Source: Candidatus Marinacidobacterales bacterium (lineage in GTDB: Bacteria > Acidobacteriota > Vicinamibacteria > Marinacidobacterales > DATDRI01). From it: DNA of 64,000 nt. The stretch spans positions 1,856,001 to 1,920,000 of the forward strand of contig OZ244742.1 of the NCBI GenBank assembly GCA_965219415.1. The letters run 5' to 3'. The position numbers and the translations under genes are program-made. The notes beneath the pieces were generated by a model. It had not been told where the DNA came from. It worked only from the letters and a program-made list of their open reading frames with translations, and made no database searches. Shown here in pieces: positions 1 through 9,734 of the stretch; position 1 is the first letter of the stretch, and each line of letters opens with the position of its first letter.

Positions 1-143
1 GGCGGAGCCATCGTTTTTTCCGGCTCCTTGCTCCATGAGGCCCTCGAAGTCACAAAAGGGCAACGCTTCGTCCTACTTTCGTTTCTGTTTGGGGAAGAAG
101 ACGCGAAGAGGTTGGAGAACAGCAGGAGCGCTGAAGGTCCTTC

Positions 144-1199
144 GTGACACCGCCACCCCTTCCTGAACCCAGCGAACCACGTGCCTCTTCGAAGGAGGCC
201 CGACTCCTCATCGTAGCAGCGGCACTTTTCTGCTTGAGCGGTATCGCGGCGCTCATCTACCAAGTCACCTGGCAACGCATCCTAGCGCTCCATAGCGGCA
301 TGGGCATCTATTCGGTGGCGATGATTGTCGCTTCGTTCATGGCTGGCCTGGGTATCGGGAGCCATCTGGGAGGAATCGCAAGCACGCGAAAGAGCCCCCG
401 GACCGCCCTGCGAATTTTCGCGACCTTGGAAATCGCCGTCGCTGGCTTCGGTGCTATCAGCTGTCCCCTCTTCTACGACGTGCTATATCTCGAGGCTTCC
501 TGGCTCTACACGACCTCCTGGCGGGCGGGCCTCTTTCATTTCTTGGCGCTGCTGCCTCCGACGTGTCTCATGGGCATGTCTCTACCGTTCCTCGTGCAGG
601 CCATGGTGCGGGACGTACGCACGGCGGGGCGAACCATCGGCTACCTTTACGGATTCAACGTGGTCGGTGCGAGTATCGGTGCTTTTATCACGCCTTGGGT
701 CTTGATCCGCTTTCTCGGAGTCCGGGAAGCGGTGTTGGTGGCGGTGGGATTGAACCTTCTTGCGGGGATAGGAGCGCTCGGCATCTCAATGGTACCGACT
801 CGAGACGCCCGCGAAGAAGCTGCCCCGGCTCTACCGGATGAACCGGAAACGACTCTCGGGCCGGCATTTCCAACTTGGTTGCTTTTGTACGCGCTCAGCG
901 GCTTTTGTGCGCTCTCGCTCGAGATCCTTTGGTTTCGCTTGGTCGACGTCGGTGTCCGCGGGACGGCGTTCGCTTTCGGAACCGTGCTTTCCATCTATCT
1001 GTTCGGACTGGCCGCCGGGAGCCTGCTCGGTGCCCAATTCATCGACCGACTGAAACACCCTCTGCGCACGTTCTTGATGTGCCAGTGCGGCATCCTTCTC
1101 TGCTCGGGCGTCGTCTTGCTCCTGTTCGCGGCCTTACCCACCGATCTGCCCGGTTACGCGTGGTTTTTCGCAGGAAGCGGTGAAGAAAAGAGTCGTTGA
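144..1199 (+). pseudogene. Membrane N-terminal part of a fused MFS-like/spermidine synthase-type protein, 3'-truncated
   Basis: Repeated 'SGIAALIYQVTWQR' / 'SGFCALSLEILWFR' transmembrane modules typical of this family. No methyltransferase-like domain follows, and the sequence switches to another gene near 1170. Confidence 0.7.
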
Positions 1200-2163
1200 G
1201 TTTCTCGCCGAGCGAACCCCAGTTACCATCGATGGAAAGGCCGTGGAGGGCATTCTCGACCGAGTTCACTTCATCTACCGTAACTTGAGGACTAGCGGTG
1301 TCATCGATCCCCCCCGTGACCTCGACTTGATATCGGCGACCCTGGGAGTGATCTTCTACTACCCGACGAGCGGTCTCCCACAGGAAGTCACTCTAGAGTG
1401 GGAGCTCTTCGACGATCGAATCGTGAGGGTTCCTGCGTCGGCGACCGACGAAGCCGGTGCGCTGCCGTACTTTCTCTTCCCCGACGACCCTGTCCTGAAG
1501 TGGCAGAACTTCCTCAAGAACCCGACGATCCCCGGTTTGGTGGAAGTCCAAGCGCCACCGACGCTCGGTAGGCTCTGGTTCGTTCTATTGACGCTTCTGA
1601 GTGTCGGCGGTTTGCTTTTTCTTGCCGTGCGGTATCGTAAGACCACGCCTCGCGGAAAGCTGCTTTCGTGGAAGCCCCTGACCGCGATGACCGGGGCGGT
1701 CGGATTGGTAGGACTCGGCATCTTCGCGATCCCCCAGGCGGTGAGCCCGTCTTATGTATCGGATGGTGATGCGGCCACGATCGTCACCGGCCTCCTCGAG
1801 AACATTTACCGCTCGTTCGACTACCGGGACGAGAGCGTGATCTACGACAGCTTGGAACGGAGCGCCACCGGCGAGCTGCTGACCGACATCTATTTGGAGA
1901 CTCGTCGCAGCCTGGAGCTCGAGAACCAAGGCGGTGCGCGTGCCAAAGTCAAGGAAATCGAGATGCTCGCGTCCAGCCAAGAACCGTTGCCAGGGGAAGT
2001 AGGTTTCATCGCTCTCTGCACGTGGAACGTCTCAGGCTCGGTGGGGCATTGGGGGCATATTCACCAGCGACGGAATCAGTATGAAGCTCGTGTCGTGGTG
2101 AAGGCGGTGGACGGAGCCTGGAAGATCACCGACCTAGAGTTCCTGCAAGAAGAGAGATTGTAG
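1180..2163 (+). CDS. Conserved hypothetical membrane protein of the ABC cluster, probably 5'-truncated
   Basis: 327-aa ORF with two TM helices and a C-terminal 'GSVGHWGHIHQRRNQY' motif. It starts abruptly at the junction with the upstream fragment. Confidence 0.6.
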   Translation: MKKRVVEFLAERTPVTIDGKAVEGILDRVHFIYRNLRTSGVIDPPRDLDLISATLGVIFYYPTSGLPQEVTLEWELFDDRIVRVPASATDEAGALPYFLFPDDPVLKWQNFLKNPTIPGLVEVQAPPTLGRLWFVLLTLLSVGGLLFLAVRYRKTTPRGKLLSWKPLTAMTGAVGLVGLGIFAIPQAVSPSYVSDGDAATIVTGLLENIYRSFDYRDESVIYDSLERSATGELLTDIYLETRRSLELENQGGARAKVKEIEMLASSQEPLPGEVGFIALCTWNVSGSVGHWGHIHQRRNQYEARVVVKAVDGAWKITDLEFLQEERL

Positions 2164-2175
2164 TCGCCTTCGGAT

Positions 2176-2880
2176 ATGACTGAGCATGGTGCACCGGTCA
2201 TCCGGGTTACCGACCTCCAGTTCCGTTACGGCGAGGGGGATTTCCGACTCCAGGTCCCGAGTCTAGAGATCGCGAAAAATTCGAGCGCCGCCTTCATCGG
2301 TCCGAGCGGCTCCGGCAAGACGACGTTACTGCACCTGTTGACAGGCATCGTGCTGCCGGGGGCCGGCCGCATCGAATCGAGCGGTGTCGAGGTCACAGCC
2401 CTCTCGGACGCCGAACGACGCGATTTCTGTATTCGCCATGTCGGCTTGGTCTTCCAGGAGTTCGAGCTTCTCGAGTATTTGAGCGTACTGGACAACATTC
2501 TCCTTCCATACCGCATCAACCCCTCGCTTCGGTTAGAGCCTTCGGTTCGGGAGAGGGTGGAAAAGCTGGCGGAAGACGTCGGCATTCGTGACAAGCTGCA
2601 TCGCTACCCTCGGCAATTGAGCCAGGGGAAGCGCCAGCGGGTTGCGGTTTGTCGTGCGGTACTGCCCGAGCCGGTGCTGCTCTTCGCGGATGAGCCGACC
2701 GGGAATCTAGATCCCGCCAATACGACGCGGGTGTTGGACATTCTTTTCGGCTTCGCGGAGAGGAGTGGATCTACCCTCGTCACCGTAACTCACGATCACG
2801 AGCTACTCCCGCGATTCGAGCGCGTCGTGGATTTCAAGGAATTCCACGTCGCGGCGGCGCCCCAAAACCCACCGTCATGA
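2176..2880 (+). CDS. ABC transporter ATP-binding protein (LolD/MacB-like)
   Basis: Walker A GPSGSGKT, signature LSQGKRQR, Walker B FADEPTGNLD, H-loop VTHD. Confidence 0.92.
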   Translation: MTEHGAPVIRVTDLQFRYGEGDFRLQVPSLEIAKNSSAAFIGPSGSGKTTLLHLLTGIVLPGAGRIESSGVEVTALSDAERRDFCIRHVGLVFQEFELLEYLSVLDNILLPYRINPSLRLEPSVRERVEKLAEDVGIRDKLHRYPRQLSQGKRQRVAVCRAVLPEPVLLFADEPTGNLDPANTTRVLDILFGFAERSGSTLVTVTHDHELLPRFERVVDFKEFHVAAAPQNPPS

Positions 2881-4058
2881 TCCAAACTCTTTACCTGGCG
2901 TGGCGATACCTCGCTTTCCATCGGCTCAAGACGGCGATCCTGGTCACCTCCATCACTCTGATCCTGTACGTACCGGTCGGGCTGCGAGTGCTGGTCGAGC
3001 AAAGCTCCCAGGAATTGACGGCGCGAGCCGTGGCTACCCCACTGGTGGTAGGCGCGAAAGGCAGTCCGCTGGAGCTGGTGCTCAACACGCTCTACTTCCG
3101 TGCCGAGATCCCAGAACCGATGCGTTACGGGGAGGCGGCACGGGTGGAGAGTTCCGGCCTTGCGCAAAGCATTCCGGTGTACGCCCGATTCCAATCGCGA
3201 GGCCATCCCATCGTGGGGACGACGCTGGACTATTTTTCGGCTCGCGGACTTGGTGTCACAGCGGGCCGCCCGCTCGCGATCTTGGGAGAGTGCGTCGTCG
3301 GCTCGCGAGCCGCGCGGGCTCTCGGCGTCCGGCCCGGAGATCATGTGATCTCTTCCCCGAAGAGCGTCTTCGATCTCGCGGGAATCTATCCACTCAAGAT
3401 GCCGGTCGTCGGGGTGCTGGCCTATTCGGATACTCCGGACGACGATGCCATCTTCGTCGACATCAAAACGACCTGGATAATCGAAGGCATCGGCCACGGG
3501 CACCAGGACTTGGCCAAACGCGAGGCAGCGCGAGCGGTCCTTTCCCGCGAGGGGAACCGGATCGTCGCCAATGCATCGGTCGTGCAATACAATGAGATAA
3601 CCGCCGACAATATCGACTCCTTCCACTTCCACGGCGATCTTTCCGGCTATCCGCTGACCGCGGTCATCGTGGTGCCAACCGATCAGAAATCATCGGCCTT
3701 ACTTCAGGGACGCTATCAAGGGGATGATGAGCCGGTCCAGGTCGTTCGCCCGGCAACCGTTATGGATGAGCTCTTGGGCACGATTCTCACGGTGCAAAAC
3801 TTCGTCGTCGCGGGTGCGGTGATCGTTGGGTTGGCAACGCTTGCTTCTGCGGCTCTCGTTTTCATGCTGTCTCTGCGATTACGGCGACGCGAGATCGAGA
3901 CCCTCTTCAAGATCGGGGGCTCCCGTCTAAGCGTCGGCGCCGTAATGGCTTCCGAGATTGTCGTCGTTCTTGTCACTGGAATCATTCTCGCCGGCGGGCT
4001 GACGGTGCTGACGAGTCAGTTCGGCTCGGCCGCGATCAGAGCTTTCATCCGAATGTAA
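2877..4058 (+). CDS. ABC transporter permease, MacB/FtsX-like
   Basis: N-terminal TM helix, large periplasmic domain, C-terminal 'RRREIETLFKIG' FtsX-type motif. ATGA overlap with the ATPase gene. Confidence 0.85.
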   Translation: MIQTLYLAWRYLAFHRLKTAILVTSITLILYVPVGLRVLVEQSSQELTARAVATPLVVGAKGSPLELVLNTLYFRAEIPEPMRYGEAARVESSGLAQSIPVYARFQSRGHPIVGTTLDYFSARGLGVTAGRPLAILGECVVGSRAARALGVRPGDHVISSPKSVFDLAGIYPLKMPVVGVLAYSDTPDDDAIFVDIKTTWIIEGIGHGHQDLAKREAARAVLSREGNRIVANASVVQYNEITADNIDSFHFHGDLSGYPLTAVIVVPTDQKSSALLQGRYQGDDEPVQVVRPATVMDELLGTILTVQNFVVAGAVIVGLATLASAALVFMLSLRLRRREIETLFKIGGSRLSVGAVMASEIVVVLVTGIILAGGLTVLTSQFGSAAIRAFIRM

Positions 4059-4071
4059 ACGGAAGGCAATC

Positions 4072-5028
4072 ATGCGATCTTGTTTAAGAAGTGTTGGGCC
4101 GGTGGTCCTCGGAGTCGCGTTACTTGGCTTGGCCTGTTCGGGCTCGAAGCCCGCCGACGAAACGACCGATGCGGAGACGTCGAGCCTAAACGACACGAAG
4201 CTCTTGGTCTACACGGTCAACTATCCGCTTCAATATTTCGCGGAGCGCATCGGAGGCGACCGAGTTCGCGTGGAGTTCCCGGCTCCCGCCGACGGAGATC
4301 CCGCGTCTTGGTCTCCCGACGCGGCGAACGTCGCCGCCTATCAAAAAGCAGACGTCATCCTTCTCAATGGAGCGGCCTACGCGAAGTGGACGGATCGGGT
4401 GACCTTGCCGTCGACGGCCCTGGTGAACACCTCGCGGTCCTTCGAGGAAGAGTACATCTTCATCGAGAACGCCGTCACGCACAGCCATGGTCCGGAGGGC
4501 GACCATAGCCACGGCGAAGCGGCTTTTACCACATGGCTCGATCCGACGCTGGCCATCCGCCAAGCCGATGCTATCCGCTCGGCTTTCGTCTCGGCAAGGC
4601 CGGAGCACGAGGCGACATTTCAGAAGGGTTTCACTTCCCTCGAGCGCGATCTCGTCGAGCTCGACGAGTCGCTCGAAGAGGTCTTCTCAGAAAATCAAAA
4701 ACCGCTTCTTGCTTCTCACCCCGTCTACCAATACTTCGCGCGGCGTTACGCGATCGATTTGCGAAGCGTCCACTTCGAGCCCGACGCTTATCCGGACGAG
4801 AAGAGCTGGCGTGGCTTGCGGGAGCTCATGGCCGAGCGTTCGGCGAGTCGGATGCTTTGGGAGGCGGAACCACTCGACAAAACTCGCAAAAGGCTCCAAG
4901 AGCTCGGCGTCGAGGTGGTGGTCTACGATCCGTGCGGCAACAAACCCGGGGCAGGCGATTTCCTAGCAGTGATGCAGAGAAACACCAATCAGCTTCGTGA
5001 GGCCTTCACCCTTTTGACCTCCGATTAG
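4072..5028 (+). CDS. Metal ABC substrate-binding lipoprotein (ZnuA/TroA-like)
   Basis: Lipobox GLAC, His-rich loop THSHGPEGDHSH, 'WLDP' and 'SHPVYQYF' motifs. Confidence 0.88.
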   Translation: MRSCLRSVGPVVLGVALLGLACSGSKPADETTDAETSSLNDTKLLVYTVNYPLQYFAERIGGDRVRVEFPAPADGDPASWSPDAANVAAYQKADVILLNGAAYAKWTDRVTLPSTALVNTSRSFEEEYIFIENAVTHSHGPEGDHSHGEAAFTTWLDPTLAIRQADAIRSAFVSARPEHEATFQKGFTSLERDLVELDESLEEVFSENQKPLLASHPVYQYFARRYAIDLRSVHFEPDAYPDEKSWRGLRELMAERSASRMLWEAEPLDKTRKRLQELGVEVVVYDPCGNKPGAGDFLAVMQRNTNQLREAFTLLTSD

Positions 5029-5781
5029 CGGGGACGCATCGATGGGACCGGTGGGCTGCGGGACGCCGCCCGCCGGTTCCTGGGTCACGGCGACCGTTAC
5101 CGCGCCTTCAAAGGCAGGCAAAGGCTCCGAGTCGAGGCGAGCGTTGCCAGTCGAGTCGACGCCGAAAGTCCCGACGCTCACCGGTGTGCCGTCTACGATG
5201 AGCCACAGCTGGTAGGTCCGGCCCGCCGGGGGAGCCGGAAGGTCGTACACGTAGAGGAAGAGTCGGCGATTCTCCGGATCGACGAACGCCCTCGCCTTGG
5301 CTCCAGGGGTCAGCCCTTGGCCCGCGAGGGACACGGTTTGGATATCGGGCGAGGTGAAGGCGCGGACCGAATCTTGGGCATGCGCGAGCTTCTCTTCCAG
5401 TTCGAAACGTGCACCCCTTTCCTGCTCGATGACTTGACGCATGGAGAGAACGTGGAGCGCCAACCCGGTTGTAAGGGCCACGCTCGCCGCGGTCGCCAGG
5501 GGAAGCCAAATTCCTCGCTGTGATCGTTGGGCGCTGCCACTCTCCGGCTGTTGGTCCTTCCGCACACGCGCAAGCAGTCGTTCCCGCACTCTAGCCGAGG
5601 GCGTGACCGGAGCGATCGCATGGACGAGATCGTCGGCTACGAGGCGCGCTTCGCGCAAGGCGGACTCACAAGCATCACAGCCGGAAGCAAGGTGAGACTC
5701 TAGCTTCTGGCGCTCCTGGTCATCGAGATTGCCAAGAGCGTAAACGGCAACTAACTCTTGGTATTCCTCGTGCCCCTTCAT
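4963..5781 (-). CDS. Anti-sigma factor, RskA-like; native C-terminus probably lost
   Basis: Zinc-finger-like 'YALG..ESHLASGCDAC', one TM helix, 'TYQLW' and 'AVTQEPAGGVPQPTGP' motifs. The last ~25 codons overlap the convergent ZnuA-like gene. Confidence 0.82.
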   Translation of the reverse strand: MKGHEEYQELVAVYALGNLDDQERQKLESHLASGCDACESALREARLVADDLVHAIAPVTPSARVRERLLARVRKDQQPESGSAQRSQRGIWLPLATAASVALTTGLALHVLSMRQVIEQERGARFELEEKLAHAQDSVRAFTSPDIQTVSLAGQGLTPGAKARAFVDPENRRLFLYVYDLPAPPAGRTYQLWLIVDGTPVSVGTFGVDSTGNARLDSEPLPAFEGAVTVAVTQEPAGGVPQPTGPIDASPLIGGQKGEGLTKLIGVSLHHC

Positions 5782-6363
5782 GACGTACTCTCCACCCCGC
5801 GCAAACTCAGTTTGAGCTTGTCCATGGCCATCTTGATGCGGCTCTTGACCGTACCCAGCGGTTCGTCCAAGCGCTCGGCGATCTCTCGATGAGTCATCCC
5901 CTGATAGAAGGAGAGCTCTAGAGCCTGTCGCTGTGCGGACGGTAGTTGCCCTAGAGCCGTCAAGACATGACCACGACGCTCGGCAATGAATGCGCTTTCC
6001 TCCGGATTATCGGACGCCAGCGGCCCGGAGGAGTCAACCGGCAAGGGCTCGGTACGTGGTCTCCGCCGCTTGCTGCGTAGCCGATCCAAAGGATCGGCTA
6101 CGAGTAATGACGAAGAGCCACGTGCTGAAACGCCCCTGGGCGGGATCGTAGCGGAGCTTGGTCTTCCAGAGCTGCCAGAAAACGTCCTGCACGACTTCCT
6201 CCGCTTCCTCGACACTCCCCAATACGCGAAGCGCCAAGGCGTGGACATACCCACCGTAGCGATCGTAGAGAGTCTCCAAGGAAGAGATCTCCCCAGAATG
6301 AAGCCGAGACAGTAGTTCTCCGTCCGACAAATTGCTAATACGCCCTGCGAGATCTTCACTCAA
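5778..6363 (-). pseudogene. ECF sigma-70 factor (SigK-like) with +1 frameshift near 6089
   Basis: Region 2 (AEEVVQDVF..W..RFSTWL) is in ORF 6034..6363 and region 4 (EIAERLDEPLGTVKSRI) is in ORF 5778..6359. Removing one base restores ITRSRSLDRLR. Confidence 0.8.
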
Positions 6364-6446
6364 CGGGCGCCCTCAGAAGAAGATACGTCATCCTGTCCAT
6401 GTTGGATGGGTCCCGGCGCAGCGAATACAGCAACGTCTTCCGCCGA

Positions 6447-7103
6447 TCAAACTCGGCCAACCGCCAGCCCCTTATAAAGGTAGGATCCGACCCGCGGCCC
6501 ATCCATATAGACGTTCTCGATCCGCTCGAGCTCGAATCCAGCCTCTTGAACGATAGCGTCTATCTTGCGGTTGAGATGGCATCCGCCGCTATACAACCGG
6601 TGAAACGGCGTGAGACGGTCCTGCCAACGCGCCACATCCAGATCGCTAGAGCGGCCATGCTCCACGAAGTGGAAACGGCCTCCGGGTTTCAACACCCGCC
6701 CAATCTCCCGAAGTGCCTGCCCCGGCTCCGCGATCGTGCAGAGGGTCCAGGTGCAGACCGCGGCATCCACCGAATCCTCGGCGAGGGGAATTCTCTCTCC
6801 TTCGCGGTCCACGAACTCGACGAACTCGACAAACTCAACCGGGAATGGGCAATCCGCCAACCTCCCCGCCGCCAGCTTCCGTCCGAGCTTCGCCGGATCC
6901 AGCGCGTAGAGTTTTTTCACTTCCGAAGGGTAGTACGGCAGGTTGAGCCCGGATCCGAATCCGATTTCGAGCACGTCGCCGCTGACGCCTGTAAGGCAGT
7001 CTCGTCGATGCGGCCCGAACTCATCTCCAGCCATGAACCGGTTGATGATGCGGGGAAGAATCCGATCGGCGTAAAAGCCCACCCTACTCCTTCCGGTGCT
7101 CAT
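6447..7103 (-). CDS. Class I SAM-dependent methyltransferase
   Basis: VLEIGFGSG motif I, 'WTLCTI', 'RVLKPGGRF'. Confidence 0.9.
   Translation of the reverse strand: MSTGRSRVGFYADRILPRIINRFMAGDEFGPHRRDCLTGVSGDVLEIGFGSGLNLPYYPSEVKKLYALDPAKLGRKLAAGRLADCPFPVEFVEFVEFVDREGERIPLAEDSVDAAVCTWTLCTIAEPGQALREIGRVLKPGGRFHFVEHGRSSDLDVARWQDRLTPFHRLYSGGCHLNRKIDAIVQEAGFELERIENVYMDGPRVGSYLYKGLAVGRV
6811..6837. repeat. 9-bp tandem repeat x3 (acgaactcg-like), encoding VEF-VEF-VEF
   Basis: acgaactcg acgaactcg acaaactca read directly from the sequence. Confidence 0.8.
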
Positions 7104-7869
7104 ACCCCGGGACCGACCACTGCCCGGCCATCCGATCTCTCATCGGGTGGTCCGTAAGATCGAGGTGCAGAGGAGTCACCGAGACCACACGATCCCGAAG
7201 CACAGCATTGCAGTCGCTCCCTGGGATGTCGTCGTGCTCATACTCACTGCCCCCAATCCAGTAGTACTTTCGCCCACGCGGATCTACTTTCTCGACGACA
7301 TCGAATCCGTACGTGTGTTTTCCCAGCTTGGTCACCACGTAGCCTTCTGGATCCACACCGGACGGAACATTCACGTTCAGCAACATGTTGGGTGGAAGAG
7401 GCCGACCCAGGGCGGCGGTCGCCAAGGAACGGGCAAAACGCGCCGATGGTTCGAAGTCGAAATCGTCGCGGCTGACCAAACTGAAGGCGATCGCCGGAAC
7501 CCCGAAGAGAGAAGCCTCCATAGCCGCCGCCACGGTGCCCGAATAGGTCACGTCATCCGCCATGTTCGGTCCGTGGTTGATGCCGGACACCATGAGCTGG
7601 GGACGGCGGTCTTTGAGGATGTGATTGATTGCCAGATACGAACAATCGGCGGGCGTACCGTCGACCGCGAGCCACCGCGGTCGGACCTCGCGAATGCGAA
7701 GCGGCCGATGTAGAGAGATCGCGTGCGAGGCCGCACTCTGCTGCGATTCCGGAGCGACGACCCACACCTCGCCGAGCGGTTCCATGGCACGGGCCAGCGC
7801 CTCCAAGCCCTCGGCCAGATATCCATCGTCGTTCGCGACAAGAATACGAGGTCGTTCCGAGGATTCCAT
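7084..7869 (-). CDS. surE: 5'/3'-nucleotidase SurE
   Basis: ILVANDDG, GTPADC, SGINHGPN, YSGTVAAAME motifs. Confidence 0.96.
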   Translation of the reverse strand: MESSERPRILVANDDGYLAEGLEALARAMEPLGEVWVVAPESQQSAASHAISLHRPLRIREVRPRWLAVDGTPADCSYLAINHILKDRRPQLMVSGINHGPNMADDVTYSGTVAAAMEASLFGVPAIAFSLVSRDDFDFEPSARFARSLATAALGRPLPPNMLLNVNVPSGVDPEGYVVTKLGKHTYGFDVVEKVDPRGRKYYWIGGSEYEHDDIPGSDCNAVLRDRVVSVTPLHLDLTDHPMRDRMAGQWSVPGYEHRKE

Positions 7870-7911
7870 CAGGCGTTCATTGTACTCCGGACCGTGGTAT
7901 CTTCGGCGAGC

Positions 7912-9732
7912 ATGATCGTTTTGATAGTTATCGCGCTGCTCCAGGGTTCTATCGAACGCTCCATCCTCGAGACCGAGGATCGCCGTGCCGAAGACGTATC
8001 GGTAGTCTTGAGAGCTCTCGCGAGCTCCGACGCCGCTGTTCAGCGACTGGCGGTACGGACTCTCGGTCGATTGGAGCGGCCCCGATACGCCGATTCGGTG
8101 ACGCCACTCCTGCGTTCACCCGACCAGGCAGTTCGTCAGGAGGCGATCAACGCCCTCGGTCAAATGGGAACCCATTTCGATTTGAGTTTGCCGCTCGCCG
8201 ATGAGCCTGACGAGGAAGTTCGGGGCGTCTACTACGAAACCATTGGGAGACTCCCCAATGCCGACGAGCGGTTGCTCGTGAAAGGCCTTCAAGATCGTGG
8301 ATCGCATGCCCGCACCGGCGCGGCCAAAGGCTTGGAATCTTACTTCCGTCTGACCGGAAGTAAACCCCGGCTCGAAACGCTCCACGCGCTGCGCACCGCC
8401 CTCCGAACAAATGAGTCGCCCACGCTGCGCCAACTCGTCCTTTTGACGTTGAACCGTGCAGAAGATCGGGACATCGCGACACTGACCGCCGCCTTGGCCG
8501 ACAGCGATCCTTTGGTGCGGCGCCTGGCCGTCATCGGCCTCGCAGAACCGAAAGACGACCCCTCTCCCATGGTCCGTTACGAAAGCCTGAAGTTATCGAA
8601 AAGCTGCGCGCGGGCCGAGGAGGGCCTCCAAGATCCGAGCGAGCACATCGTTTTGTTGGCGATCGAGCACCTGGGAAACAACTGCTCCGCCGAGCTGCTC
8701 ACAAAGCTAACCGACGAAGGCAAAGACTGGCGACGACAAACGAGAGCACTCGTTGCCCTCGCCCGAGTGAACCCCGAACTGGCGCAAGCCCGTCTGCCGA
8801 AATTCCGCACCCATCCGTCCTGGCAAGCCCGCACCTATGCCGTGGCGGCCGCCAAGTTATTGAAAGACGCACAGACACTCGAGACCCTTCGGCGCGATGC
8901 ACATCCCAACGTCGTGACGGCAGCGCTGGTTGGCCGCGGAGACGCGTTGGCCGCCTTGGAGAGTCCCGACTATGGTTTGCTGATGGTCGCCCTGGAACGA
9001 CTGAAGGGCTGGTCTCAGGGTGGCACGGCCGTTCCTATTCTGCTCGAATCGCTAAAACGCGTGAGCGACCAGAAGCGCGCAACTTCGCGAGACCCGCGAC
9101 GACGAATGATGGAGCGACTGCGCGAGCACGGCGGCGAGAGCATCGGCGACAAGCTTCACTACCTCCTCTCGGATTTCGATCCGATCGTTGCAGCGCTCGC
9201 CGCGGAGATCATTTCCGAGAAGAGTGGACGCAACGTCTCACCGATCACGCTGCGCTTCGAAACAGAACCCTTGCCCTCGGCGAGCGTCCTCGAAGCTCTC
9301 GACGGCGCGCGGGCTCGAATTCGCATGAGGGACGCCGGAAGCTTCACCCTCGAGCTCATTCCCGAGGAGGCGCCGATCACGGTTGCAGCTTTCGCGCGCT
9401 TGGCCGAGCAGGGTTATTACGACGGGCTCACGTTTCACCGCATCGTCCCCAACTTCGTCATCCAAGGAGGCAGCCCGGGAGCCAACGAATACGTGGGAAC
9501 CGCCGGATACATTCGTGATGAGGTAGGTCTGGTGTCGCACGCTAGAGGAACGGTCGGAATATCGACACGCGGCCGTGATACGGGCGACAGTCAGATTTTC
9601 ATCAACTTGGTCGACAATTACCGTCTGGACCACAACTACACAGTCTTCGCGAGAGTCATAGACGGAATGCGCGCCGTAGACCGAATCCAGGAAGACGACA
9701 TCATCGAATCGATCGAGATCGCGAGAAAGTAG
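7912..9732 (+). CDS. HEAT-repeat protein with C-terminal cyclophilin-type peptidyl-prolyl isomerase domain
   Basis: HEAT-like repeats followed by 'YYDGLTFHRIVPNFVIQGG' and 'DTGDSQIFINL'. Start moved to ATG 7912, which has a signal-like N-terminus and avoids overlap with surE. Confidence 0.85.
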   Translation: MIVLIVIALLQGSIERSILETEDRRAEDVSVVLRALASSDAAVQRLAVRTLGRLERPRYADSVTPLLRSPDQAVRQEAINALGQMGTHFDLSLPLADEPDEEVRGVYYETIGRLPNADERLLVKGLQDRGSHARTGAAKGLESYFRLTGSKPRLETLHALRTALRTNESPTLRQLVLLTLNRAEDRDIATLTAALADSDPLVRRLAVIGLAEPKDDPSPMVRYESLKLSKSCARAEEGLQDPSEHIVLLAIEHLGNNCSAELLTKLTDEGKDWRRQTRALVALARVNPELAQARLPKFRTHPSWQARTYAVAAAKLLKDAQTLETLRRDAHPNVVTAALVGRGDALAALESPDYGLLMVALERLKGWSQGGTAVPILLESLKRVSDQKRATSRDPRRRMMERLREHGGESIGDKLHYLLSDFDPIVAALAAEIISEKSGRNVSPITLRFETEPLPSASVLEALDGARARIRMRDAGSFTLELIPEEAPITVAAFARLAEQGYYDGLTFHRIVPNFVIQGGSPGANEYVGTAGYIRDEVGLVSHARGTVGISTRGRDTGDSQIFINLVDNYRLDHNYTVFARVIDGMRAVDRIQEDDIIESIEIARK

Positions 9733-9734
9733 GA

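Noticed and set aside
7723-7911. Upstream extension of the HEAT-cyclophilin ORF
   Set aside because: It overlaps surE on the opposite strand, and ATG 7912 gives a signal-like start.
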